This document shows positions 27,718 through 35,680 of a stretch of 52,864 bases of DNA, in pieces. Every line of letters starts with the position of its first letter. The first letter of the stretch is position 1. The position numbers were made by a program, and so were the translations under genes. Below the pieces are notes generated by a model. It saw nothing but the letters and a program-made list of their open reading frames with translations. It did not search any database and had not been told where the DNA came from. The DNA is taken from IMG/VR virus record IMGVR_UViG_3300001472_000023, positions 1 to 52,864 of that record; one strand, given 5' to 3'. Origin of the DNA: a virus. Its lineage: Duplodnaviria; Caudoviricetes.

Positions 27718-28380
27718 CTAAATTTTAAGTGCTCCCCAAATTCCGAAAAGATAAGAAAACTTACTAAATTTATCGCTGTCCCTAATTTCTTCATTTACAG
27801 CCTGAGCTAGTCCTTCAAAACCTGCATTTTCTATCTTAGGATCTGGATAGTCATGGCCAAAAATAATTCCACCTGATTTTAATTTAGGAGTCCACGATAG
27901 TATATCTAATTTCACGTTCTCGTAATCATGTTCTGCGTCAATAAAAATTAGATCAAGAGAATTATCTTCAAAATCTTTGGCCGCATCTGCTGAATATTTT
28001 TCTATAACGGAGATAGAATCTAAAATACCACTATCTTTTAAATTCTTCTCGAAATCCGCTCTTGTGGAGGCTCCTTGCAAAGAGTCTTTGTGCTCTGCTG
28101 ATCCTAAAAAGGGGTCTACACAAAATAGTTCAAATTGATCTTTTGGTATATTGGATTTGAAAGCGTAAGTGGCTCTACCTTTCCAGCATCCAACTTCAAT
28201 AGCCTTACCTTCAAGAGTGGAGAAGATAACCCACATCAATGGAATTTGATAACCACATAACCAACCTTCAATCTTATTGGTTTCGTCAATAAGATTTTTT
28301 ATGAAGTTCGGGTTGATTCTATTTAATAAATTTTGGTATTTTTTGAATATACCAAGATCTCTTTCTAATAGTTCACTCAT
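27718..28380 (-). CDS. class I SAM-dependent methyltransferase (Methyltransf_24-like)
   Basis: EVGCWKGR, VDPF, DLIFIDAEHDYE, LKSGGII.GHDY. Confidence 0.85.
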   Translation of the reverse strand: MSELLERDLGIFKKYQNLLNRINPNFIKNLIDETNKIEGWLCGYQIPLMWVIFSTLEGKAIEVGCWKGRATYAFKSNIPKDQFELFCVDPFLGSAEHKDSLQGASTRADFEKNLKDSGILDSISVIEKYSADAAKDFEDNSLDLIFIDAEHDYENVKLDILSWTPKLKSGGIIFGHDYPDPKIENAGFEGLAQAVNEEIRDSDKFSKFSYLFGIWGALKI

Positions 28381-28417
28381 AAAAAACTCCTTCTAGGTAA
28401 GCACGACCTAGAAGGAG
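28381..28417 (-). terminator. Rho-independent terminator after hsp20
   Basis: Minus strand CTCCTTCTAGGT-7 nt-ACCTAGAAGGAG followed by TTTTTT, directly abutting ATG 28380. Confidence 0.75.
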
Positions 28418-28439
28418 CGATATAAGTCACCTCAAAGCT

Positions 28440-28865
28440 TTACTTAACTTTGATCATTATATCTTTCTGTTCCTCTTTCTCAAGAGGTATTTTGATTCTC
28501 AATAGGCCATTTTTATATTCTGCCTCAATGGAATCCTTATCAACGTTCTGGTGCAAGGTGAAGTGCTTCTTGACAGAGCGTCGAGATATTTTTCTATGGT
28601 AGAATTCAGCATCATCATCTTTTTGCTGAGATCCCGCCTCAATCTTTAAGGTTTGGCCAGATACAGATACAGAAATATCTTCCTGATCTAATCCAACCAA
28701 TGCAAACTCAAGAATAAAATCATCATCCTTGTCTTTATAAGCATCAAAAGGCTCTGAGCCTGAATAAAATGGAGTGTTAGCTTGATTAGCTAACGATTGC
28801 ATACGCTTAAAGATATCTCCCTCGAAAACCAAGGGAGCCAACATTTTGTTTATCATCATTGTCAT
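28440..28865 (-). CDS. small heat-shock protein (Hsp20/IbpA-like)
   Basis: EFALVG..EDISV, HRKISRRS..F.L, AEYKNGLLRIKIP. Confidence 0.9.
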   Translation of the reverse strand: MTMMINKMLAPLVFEGDIFKRMQSLANQANTPFYSGSEPFDAYKDKDDDFILEFALVGLDQEDISVSVSGQTLKIEAGSQQKDDDAEFYHRKISRRSVKKHFTLHQNVDKDSIEAEYKNGLLRIKIPLEKEEQKDIMIKVK

Positions 28866-28945
28866 ACTACTATTTTTAGTTAGTTTTTGTTTTTCTAGCC
28901 CCAATTTGGGTACTGGAAATTCTCAGACAATAGAGATATACTAAA

Positions 28946-29047
28946 TTAATCCTCGTCGAATTGTGCTTCGTCGATACGATCTAGTATAAATGCTATTGTT
29001 TCATCGAGTTCTACCTCGTCTGTTAAATTAATTTCTGGTTCGGTCAT
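28946..29047 (-). CDS. 33-aa acidic peptide
   Basis: Hand translation MTEPEINLTDEVELDETIAFILDRIDEAQFDED; GTGTAT motif 11 nt upstream (29059-29064). Confidence 0.45.
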   Translation of the reverse strand: MTEPEINLTDEVELDETIAFILDRIDEAQFDED

Positions 29048-29085
29048 AGTGCATGTATATACACAAACGAAACCCTTGGGGAATT

Positions 29086-30729
29086 TTACCCCTCACAAGA
29101 TTTACATTCCATCAAAGACCTTGATAGTTCTTGGCTTGGATTAGCGCTCCTTTGGTAATACAAACCTTTCACTCCATTCTCCCAAGCGAAAATCATAAGT
29201 TGATTAACTTCTTTCATTGGGGTCTTTGGTGCTATCATTAAATTAAGAGACTGGCCTTGATCCAAATACTTTTGCCTCTGCGCTGCCTGTATTACGATTT
29301 CTTTTTGGGAAATCTCCTCGAAAGTCTTGAAAACCTCCTTATCATCCTCTGACATAAAGCTCAAATGTTGGACAGAACCTCCTGTTTTAAGTATGCCAAG
29401 CCAGACTTCATCATTATCCTGACCATACTCCGCCAAAGCCTCCTTTAAATAAGGGTTTCTATAAGTGAATTTCCCTTTCGCCAAGTTCTTTACAAAGTAA
29501 TTTGAGTTTAAGGGTTCAATTGAAGGAGAGACTTGGCCTAAAATAAATGAACTGCTAGTCGTAGGAGCTATTGCTAAAGTAGTTGTATTCCTGCGCCAAT
29601 ATTTTTTGGCATATAAAGGCCCACCAAGAAGCTGAAATAATTGGCCTGTAGCCTTATCACTCTTCTTCCTAATCTCTTTGAATATAGAACTATTTGCTAA
29701 TTTAGCTTCCATGCTCTCAAATCCAATTTTTTTACTTTGTAGATAAGAATGCCAACCTAGAACCCCCATCCCCAATGCTCTATGACGTTTTGCGAAATTA
29801 TGAGAAGACTCCATAAACGGTAAATCTTTCGTTTTCTGAATATACTCCTCCATTACCGAATCAAGAAACATAGTCAAAGTTTCAATCGCATCGGTTTTAA
29901 TAATCTCATCCCACTGAACTAAATTCAAGGAAGATAAACAACAAACAAAAGACTCATCCTCTTTCGAAGGAAGACTGATTTCATTGCAAAGATTAGAAGC
30001 AAATATCTCCATCGCATTTTCCTTATAACAGTCTGGAGCTTGGTTATTTGCAGTGTCCCTGAAAAATAAGTATGGGTACCCAGTCTCAAACCTTTTTTTA
30101 ATCACTGAAGCCCAGATCTGACGCTTATCTGGATCTCCACCAATCATCGATTTCATCCAATTATCTCCGACCGTAATTCCGAAAGACATTTCTTGAATTG
30201 GGTTTCCTTCACTCCTTATCCTTAAAAACTCCTTTATATCTGGGTGATCTATAGGTAGGTAAGCAGCGAAAGAACCGCGACGAACATTACCCTGAGAAAC
30301 TACAGCAGCAACCTTATCAAAAAGTTCCATGAAATGCACCGCTCCAGAAGATTCTCCTCCAGAGTTAATTTTAGCTCCCCTAGCCCTCAAATCTCCAAAA
30401 TAAGCAGACGTACCAGAACCGTGTTTGGTTTGCATACCCACTTCGCTTTGCTTAGCTAAGATGCCATCCATCCTGTCTGGCACGTAAACTCCATTACAGG
30501 AAATGGGTAGACCACGTTTTCTGCCAAAGTTTGACCAAACAGGAGAAGCTAGAGAATAAAACCCCTGCTCCATATAAGAAACAAATTTCTCAGCGAACCC
30601 GTCTATGCCCAAGTAACCTTGAGCGGTCTTCGCTATATCTTCAATCCTTTCTTCTGGGGTTTCTCCTTTTAGGTAGCCTCTCTCAAGAAAAACTCTTGAG
30701 TCCTCGTTAAGCCAATAATTTTTTGTCAT
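29086..30729 (-). CDS. nrdA: ribonucleoside-diphosphate reductase class I alpha subunit
   Basis: ASPVW, PISC, QGNVRRG, SNLCNEI, CCLSSLN, APTTSSS, DQGQS, KGLYY, C-terminal CKSCEG; no ATP cone. Confidence 0.93.
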   Translation of the reverse strand: MTKNYWLNEDSRVFLERGYLKGETPEERIEDIAKTAQGYLGIDGFAEKFVSYMEQGFYSLASPVWSNFGRKRGLPISCNGVYVPDRMDGILAKQSEVGMQTKHGSGTSAYFGDLRARGAKINSGGESSGAVHFMELFDKVAAVVSQGNVRRGSFAAYLPIDHPDIKEFLRIRSEGNPIQEMSFGITVGDNWMKSMIGGDPDKRQIWASVIKKRFETGYPYLFFRDTANNQAPDCYKENAMEIFASNLCNEISLPSKEDESFVCCLSSLNLVQWDEIIKTDAIETLTMFLDSVMEEYIQKTKDLPFMESSHNFAKRHRALGMGVLGWHSYLQSKKIGFESMEAKLANSSIFKEIRKKSDKATGQLFQLLGGPLYAKKYWRRNTTTLAIAPTTSSSFILGQVSPSIEPLNSNYFVKNLAKGKFTYRNPYLKEALAEYGQDNDEVWLGILKTGGSVQHLSFMSEDDKEVFKTFEEISQKEIVIQAAQRQKYLDQGQSLNLMIAPKTPMKEVNQLMIFAWENGVKGLYYQRSANPSQELSRSLMECKSCEG

Positions 30730-31701
30730 TTAGAACAAGTCGTCTGCATTGTAAGTTTGTGAATTCTTTGAGTATTCCACGGGTCTAGAGTAAAAGAAGT
30801 CTGTAGCATTATTGCCAAGTAACTCCTCTTCAAACCAGATGGTATCTTTCAGCAGATTTTTGTCAACCTCAAAAGGCTCTTTAAAGCCAATTTGTTGCAT
30901 CGACTCATTTATTCTATTTTTAATAAATTCTTTTAATACAATGGCGTTCAATCCTTTTTGACGGATGCCATTAATCATCCAGTCCACGATCTTGCTTTCA
31001 GCTTCAAAAGCGCAAACTGCTTCTTGGGCAATTCTTTCCTCAAGCTCTTCATCAAATAATTCTGGATGCTCTTCACGGATAGTATTTATAAGCTTCATCC
31101 CCACAAGAGCATGTAAATTTTCTTCGTTTCTTGTATACTTCACTTGCTGGTCTGTATCTTTTAAGACATTTTTATTACGAGCAAACCAGTTTATGACGTA
31201 AAATTGAGAAAATAACGACACATTCTCTACGAAAAGGGTAAACAAGATTAAGGCATAAACATATTGCTTCTTGCTATTTTTGTAAAACCTGTGGGTATAT
31301 TTACGTAAATAGTTTACTCGTCCCTCGATAAAATCCAACTTTAGGTTTTCTTCGAATACCTCTTCCAAACCAAGTACTTCAAGTAGCCTTTCGTAAGCGT
31401 TATTGTGAATAACTTCCACGTTAGCCATAACAAAACCCAAGTCACTAAGAGAGGGGTGCGGCAAATTGTCACCAAGTTTGCTCCAGAACTTTTTAACAGC
31501 TACCTCGATCTGGCCAATAGCAGATAAAGTCCGCACAATTATTTCTTTTTCTTGATCATCAAGAACCACGTTAAAGTCCTGTATATCAGAAGCGAAACTA
31601 AATTCTTTGTCGGTCCAAAACCCGTTGTGCATTGCTTCGATAAAATCCCCAGCCCATGAATAATGGTCTGGCTTACGTGATACTTGCTCTTCGAAAATCA
31701 T
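30730..31701 (-). CDS. nrdB: ribonucleoside-diphosphate reductase class I beta subunit
   Basis: FW..E, EVIHNNAY, VENVSLFSQF, EENLH, DFF..RPVEY. Confidence 0.93.
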   Translation of the reverse strand: MIFEEQVSRKPDHYSWAGDFIEAMHNGFWTDKEFSFASDIQDFNVVLDDQEKEIIVRTLSAIGQIEVAVKKFWSKLGDNLPHPSLSDLGFVMANVEVIHNNAYERLLEVLGLEEVFEENLKLDFIEGRVNYLRKYTHRFYKNSKKQYVYALILFTLFVENVSLFSQFYVINWFARNKNVLKDTDQQVKYTRNEENLHALVGMKLINTIREEHPELFDEELEERIAQEAVCAFEAESKIVDWMINGIRQKGLNAIVLKEFIKNRINESMQQIGFKEPFEVDKNLLKDTIWFEEELLGNNATDFFYSRPVEYSKNSQTYNADDLF

Positions 31702-31712
31702 GTCTTAATAAG

Positions 31713-31718
31713 TTACAC
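31713..31718 (-). promoter_or_regulatory. GTGTAA motif upstream of nrdB
   Basis: 11 nt upstream of ATG 31701. Confidence 0.5.
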
Positions 31719-31761
31719 AGATGGTATCGATCTTGGCGTTTTGGTCAACGAAAATTTCAAT

Positions 31762-31783
31762 AAAAAAATGGCGAAGCCATTTT
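31762..31783 (-). terminator. hairpin / putative terminator with GCGAAGC core
   Basis: Plus strand AAAATGGC-GAA-GCCATTTT; on the minus strand it is followed by a T-run. Confidence 0.55.
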
Positions 31784-31787
31784 ATTA

Positions 31788-31896
31788 ATACGAACGTAGA
31801 GAGTATTAATAAAATACGTATCCTAACAGCACTGGTAGGATACGTATCCTTACTACAACGGTAGGATACGTATCCGTAGAACGATACCGATACGTG
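31788..31896. repeat. 26-bp-periodic palindromic repeats (putative origin iterons)
   Basis: ATACG starts at 31788, 31814, 31840, 31866 (and 31890). GGTAGGATACGTATCC at 31834 and 31860. Perfect palindrome AGGATACGTATCCT at 31837-31850. Confidence 0.75.
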
Positions 31897-31966
31897 ATAA
31901 TCGGAATAAAAATCGGTTTGTCAAGAAAAAAAATAACTTGACAGAAATGGGTTAGGTGTAGATTAT
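31897..31966. promoter_or_regulatory. back-to-back TTGACA promoters
   Basis: Minus TTGACA at 31924-31919 and plus TTGACA at 31938-31943, each followed by GATTAT at 16-17 nt. Confidence 0.55.
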
Positions 31967-31984
31967 ACGTTTTAACGAAATAAC

Positions 31985-32575
31985 ATGGAGTTCTCAGAAG
32001 AAACAGACCCTTATTTAACAAATCTAGTTAAAGAAGACGACAACGAAGATGCTTTAAATATGCTAATAAGTAGACATTCTGGTATTTACGCCGATATGGT
32101 AAAAAGATACGGATCTAAGTCATTATCGATTAATCAGATTTATGACTTAATGAATGAGAAAGATTATGTTATTTACAAAGCAGCTCTAGAGTATGATGAG
32201 AGTAAGGCGAAATTTTCTACTCATGTTGGCAACAAAGCGAAGTACTTATGTTTAAGCAAGAAAACTGCTTGTAAAAAGAATAATAAAACTTTATCCTTCG
32301 ATTCTATCGAATACGCTGAAGAATCAAGCGAACTACTACCAAATGAAAAATGTCAATTGGGAGAGGCATTCCTTGATATTATTAATATGATCAATGATCA
32401 TTCAGATGAAAGAGTAAAATTTATTTTTAAAGAAAGGTATTTCGGTGGGGAAAGAGGTAAGCTAAAAACTTGGAAAAAGATTAGTCAAGGGCTTGGCTTA
32501 TCTGCTCAAGGCTGTATAAATATACACGATAGAACTTTACTAGAATTCCAAAAACAAATTAAGAACAATGCGTAA
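31985..32575 (+). CDS. RNA polymerase sigma factor (sigma70 family, regions 2 and 4)
   Basis: EDALNMLISRH, A..YDESKAKFSTH (region 2); ERVKFIFKERY...TWKKIS..LGLS..G (region 4 HTH). Confidence 0.8.
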   Translation: MEFSEETDPYLTNLVKEDDNEDALNMLISRHSGIYADMVKRYGSKSLSINQIYDLMNEKDYVIYKAALEYDESKAKFSTHVGNKAKYLCLSKKTACKKNNKTLSFDSIEYAEESSELLPNEKCQLGEAFLDIINMINDHSDERVKFIFKERYFGGERGKLKTWKKISQGLGLSAQGCINIHDRTLLEFQKQIKNNA

Positions 32576-33650
32576 ATTAAACTTAGACGTACCCTTCAAT
32601 TCCCTTAGTTTAGGCAATGTGTCACTAAACTTTGCTAGAGAATTAAAAGAAAAAGACTTAGATTTAAATATCTTCCCTATGGGAAGATCTGATCTAAAAG
32701 CCTACGATAAATTGTCTCAAGATTTTTTTGAATGGATAAAAGACAAAGCGTTGAATAATCTAAAAAAATTAGATAGAAACACCCCCACACTAAAGGTTTG
32801 GCATATCAATGGATCTGAGAAGAAAGTATCAGATAATCAATTCTTGTATTCGTTCTATGAGCTTGATTCCCCGACAGAAGAGGAGATAAACATAGTGAAA
32901 GCTCAGAATCATGTTTTTTTCTCTTGCTCCGAGGCTGCTGAAATTTTTAAATCGAAAGGGTGTGATAATGTATCTTATGTTCCATTAGGGTTTGATAAAG
33001 ACTTCCATGTTACAAACAAAAGTTATTTAGGAGATGATATTATACACTTTGGGATTATAGGGAAAATGGAGCGTAGAAAAAATACGCAAGCTTTGATGCA
33101 ACTATGGTGCAGAAAATTTGGCAATAACCCAAGGTATCAACTTAGTTGTTTGGTTGGAAACCCCTTCTTGAATAAGGAACAAATGGATGATCAAATTAAA
33201 TTATCGCTAAATAACGAAACCTACTCTAACGTAAATATTTTACCTAGGTTAGAGACTAATAGTGAAGTTAATGAATTAATTAATTCTATTGATATAGACC
33301 TTTCAGGTCTTTCGAATGGAGAAGGTTGGAATCTACCGTCTTTTAATGCTACAGCTCTCGGAAAGTGGTCCATTGTTAGCAATTGTACCTCACATAAAGA
33401 TTGGGCTAATGAAAATAACGCGATCTTGGTTGATCCTATAGGTAAACAACCATGTTACGATAATGTATTCTTCAGAGAAGGTGGTCAATTTAACCAAGGA
33501 GAATATTACAGACTAAATGGAGAACATATAGGTGACGCTATGGATCAATCAATACAAATGGCTAAGTCTGAGAACACAGAAGGACTAAAACTTCAAGAAG
33601 AATTCACCTATAAAAAAACAATTGAAAAAATTCTAGAGAGGATCTACTAA
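32568..33650 (+). CDS. glycosyltransferase family 4 (GT-B)
   Basis: VPLGFD, GKMERRKN, GEGWNLP..ATALG. Confidence 0.8.
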   Translation: MRKLNLDVPFNSLSLGNVSLNFARELKEKDLDLNIFPMGRSDLKAYDKLSQDFFEWIKDKALNNLKKLDRNTPTLKVWHINGSEKKVSDNQFLYSFYELDSPTEEEINIVKAQNHVFFSCSEAAEIFKSKGCDNVSYVPLGFDKDFHVTNKSYLGDDIIHFGIIGKMERRKNTQALMQLWCRKFGNNPRYQLSCLVGNPFLNKEQMDDQIKLSLNNETYSNVNILPRLETNSEVNELINSIDIDLSGLSNGEGWNLPSFNATALGKWSIVSNCTSHKDWANENNAILVDPIGKQPCYDNVFFREGGQFNQGEYYRLNGEHIGDAMDQSIQMAKSENTEGLKLQEEFTYKKTIEKILERIY

Positions 33651-33651
33651 T

Positions 33652-34035
33652 ATGCCAATTTACATTTACAAAAACCCAGACACAGACGAACGCATAGAAG
33701 TCATCCAAACAATGGCAGAAGAACACATCTATATTGATGAGTTTGGTCTAGAATGGAAAAGAGTATTTACAGTTCCGCATGCATCAATTGACACAAAGGA
33801 TGATGCATGGGATCATAATCGGTTTGTTGAGAAAACTGGTAAAATGAAGGGGACAGTAGGAGACGTTTTAGACTACTCTTCAGAACTCTCTGAAAAAAGA
33901 GCGCAAGCTAATGGGGGGGAAGACCCGATAAAAAAGAAGGCGTTCAACGAATACGAAAAAAGTGTCGGCAAAAAACACCTTTCTGATAGGAAAAAGACTA
34001 TAGAAACTTCTAAAATAAGAGTGGACCTAGATTAG
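33652..34035 (+). CDS. FmdB-like protein (zinc ligands absent)
   Basis: MPIYIY...EVIQTM...WKRVF pattern, without CxxC. Confidence 0.6.
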   Translation: MPIYIYKNPDTDERIEVIQTMAEEHIYIDEFGLEWKRVFTVPHASIDTKDDAWDHNRFVEKTGKMKGTVGDVLDYSSELSEKRAQANGGEDPIKKKAFNEYEKSVGKKHLSDRKKTIETSKIRVDLD

Positions 34036-35051
34036 GTAGTCTGGTCTATCAATGAGGTGTTAAAATAATCAAATTTCAGGGCTCCTGTGAAAGAAGGAGT
34101 TTCTACTACGAAATGAGCCTTATGTGCCGGGTTAGTAGCACTATTATATCCTGTTATAATATAACCTGTAACGATTTCTGCTACGCCAGCAATTGCACTA
34201 CCTTTCGATGTCTGATTAGCTCTAGTTGCCGCTGCATGATGAGTATTTACAAGATAGGAGGAAGGGTTATGGGCAACTCTAACGCCAGCCCATCCTTGAG
34301 AGGCAGCTTCAGTGCCATCAGATAAAGTTACGGTAGAATTACCTGTAATCGGCGTATTAAATTCTGCAGAGCTATTAAAATTCACGGATGGTCCTTGGAA
34401 GGTAACAGCACTAACCACATTACCATTCATACTAATACCACCATCGAAAACAACAGACCCGTCAAACTCTGCAGACCCATCGAAATGAGTATTCCCTCTA
34501 AATCTCCCAGAATGAGGTGAAGTAACCTCAAGATGAGCGCCTATGGAAACATCTCCACCAGCAATGGTAGTTCCGCTAGCGAAGTTTATAAGTAAAGACT
34601 CGTTAGTGCTATGACTTATAGATGTTTTATGATCTGCAATGACAACGCAACCCGTGGTTTTATCTCCAAGAACAACAGATTTACCTGCAACAATGGTATT
34701 ATTTTGCCCACTAGCTCCGAAATCATTTGAGATCCCATTCAGAAGAACGTTATAATCTCCCGAAAATGCTGTATTACTCGAACCATTGACTAAAACATTA
34801 TTAGCCCCTGTCACGGTATTATTTACACCACCTAAAGCTATACTAGTACTAGAGGTATTGTTAGAATTGGCCGTAGTGATAACCTCCTTAGAGGCGATAG
34901 TTAAAGAGTGAGAAAAATTAAAGTCTCCATTTAAAGTCCTGTTAAGAATAGCATTTACGCCAGTTACTTGATCGGTAAATGTAATATCCCCGCTATGGCT
35001 TATAAAAGTTGGGAGTTGTAATTGTTGTGGTTGAATTTTGCTATACGGCAT
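34032..35051 (-). CDS. tail fibre/adhesin-like structural protein
   Basis: G/S/N/T-rich beta-repeats (GGVNNTVTG, NGSSNT, FDGSAEFDGSVVFDG); GTGTAA at 35077-35082 upstream. Confidence 0.6.
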   Translation of the reverse strand: MPYSKIQPQQLQLPTFISHSGDITFTDQVTGVNAILNRTLNGDFNFSHSLTIASKEVITTANSNNTSSTSIALGGVNNTVTGANNVLVNGSSNTAFSGDYNVLLNGISNDFGASGQNNTIVAGKSVVLGDKTTGCVVIADHKTSISHSTNESLLINFASGTTIAGGDVSIGAHLEVTSPHSGRFRGNTHFDGSAEFDGSVVFDGGISMNGNVVSAVTFQGPSVNFNSSAEFNTPITGNSTVTLSDGTEAASQGWAGVRVAHNPSSYLVNTHHAAATRANQTSKGSAIAGVAEIVTGYIITGYNSATNPAHKAHFVVETPSFTGALKFDYFNTSLIDQTT

Positions 35052-35089
35052 AATACAATAGATTATCTAAAGAACATTACACTTTTTCT

Positions 35090-35680
35090 ATGAAATTTAC
35101 ACTTTATAAGCCAAATGCTAAAAATACAGGGTCTGCATTTACTTTTGACGCCACTAAAGACAATAGTGGTAAATCAGTATTGTTTGTATCAATGATCCAG
35201 CAATATAGTTGGGATGATCAGAAAAAAACTGGTTCTTTTAAGCAAAACGCTAAAAATCCAGATAAATCAACCACCATCAAGTTGACTGAAGTTGAAGCGG
35301 GAGAGTTCATCTCTTCGTTCAAAACCCGTATTCCGTTTGTAGGATTCCATAAAACTCAAGAAAAAACAACAGTTATCAAGCTAACCCCTTGGGATAAGAA
35401 CAGGACGATCAAAAATAAGAACGTTCAAGGAGAATGGACAGAAACCAATTATAAAACTCCAGCTTGGGGTTTTACTATTACAAAAGACTCTTCACAATAC
35501 TTCAAGCTACCTATGGAAGCAGGAGAGGCCGAAGCCTTGGCTATATTGCTAGAACACTATATTAAAGAAAGTTTTACTGCTCAAGCGGAAGCCTATAAGA
35601 AAACCTCAAATAATTCTTACCAAAAACCAGCTCCAAAACCCTCTCCGATAGAAGAGGATGACGACGATGTCCCATTCTAA
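35090..35680 (+). CDS. putative single-stranded DNA-binding protein
   Basis: Aromatic beta-rich core; SSB-type acidic C-terminal tip EEDDDDVPF. Confidence 0.6.
   Translation: MKFTLYKPNAKNTGSAFTFDATKDNSGKSVLFVSMIQQYSWDDQKKTGSFKQNAKNPDKSTTIKLTEVEAGEFISSFKTRIPFVGFHKTQEKTTVIKLTPWDKNRTIKNKNVQGEWTETNYKTPAWGFTITKDSSQYFKLPMEAGEAEALAILLEHYIKESFTAQAEAYKKTSNNSYQKPAPKPSPIEEDDDDVPF

Noticed and set aside
31788-31896. CRISPR-like mini-array
   Set aside because: The period is only 26 bp with ~10-bp variable parts, too short for spacers, and there is no cas operon
31806-32021. 71-aa minus-strand ORF
   Set aside because: Crosses the repeats and promoters and overlaps the sigma gene antisense; likely spurious
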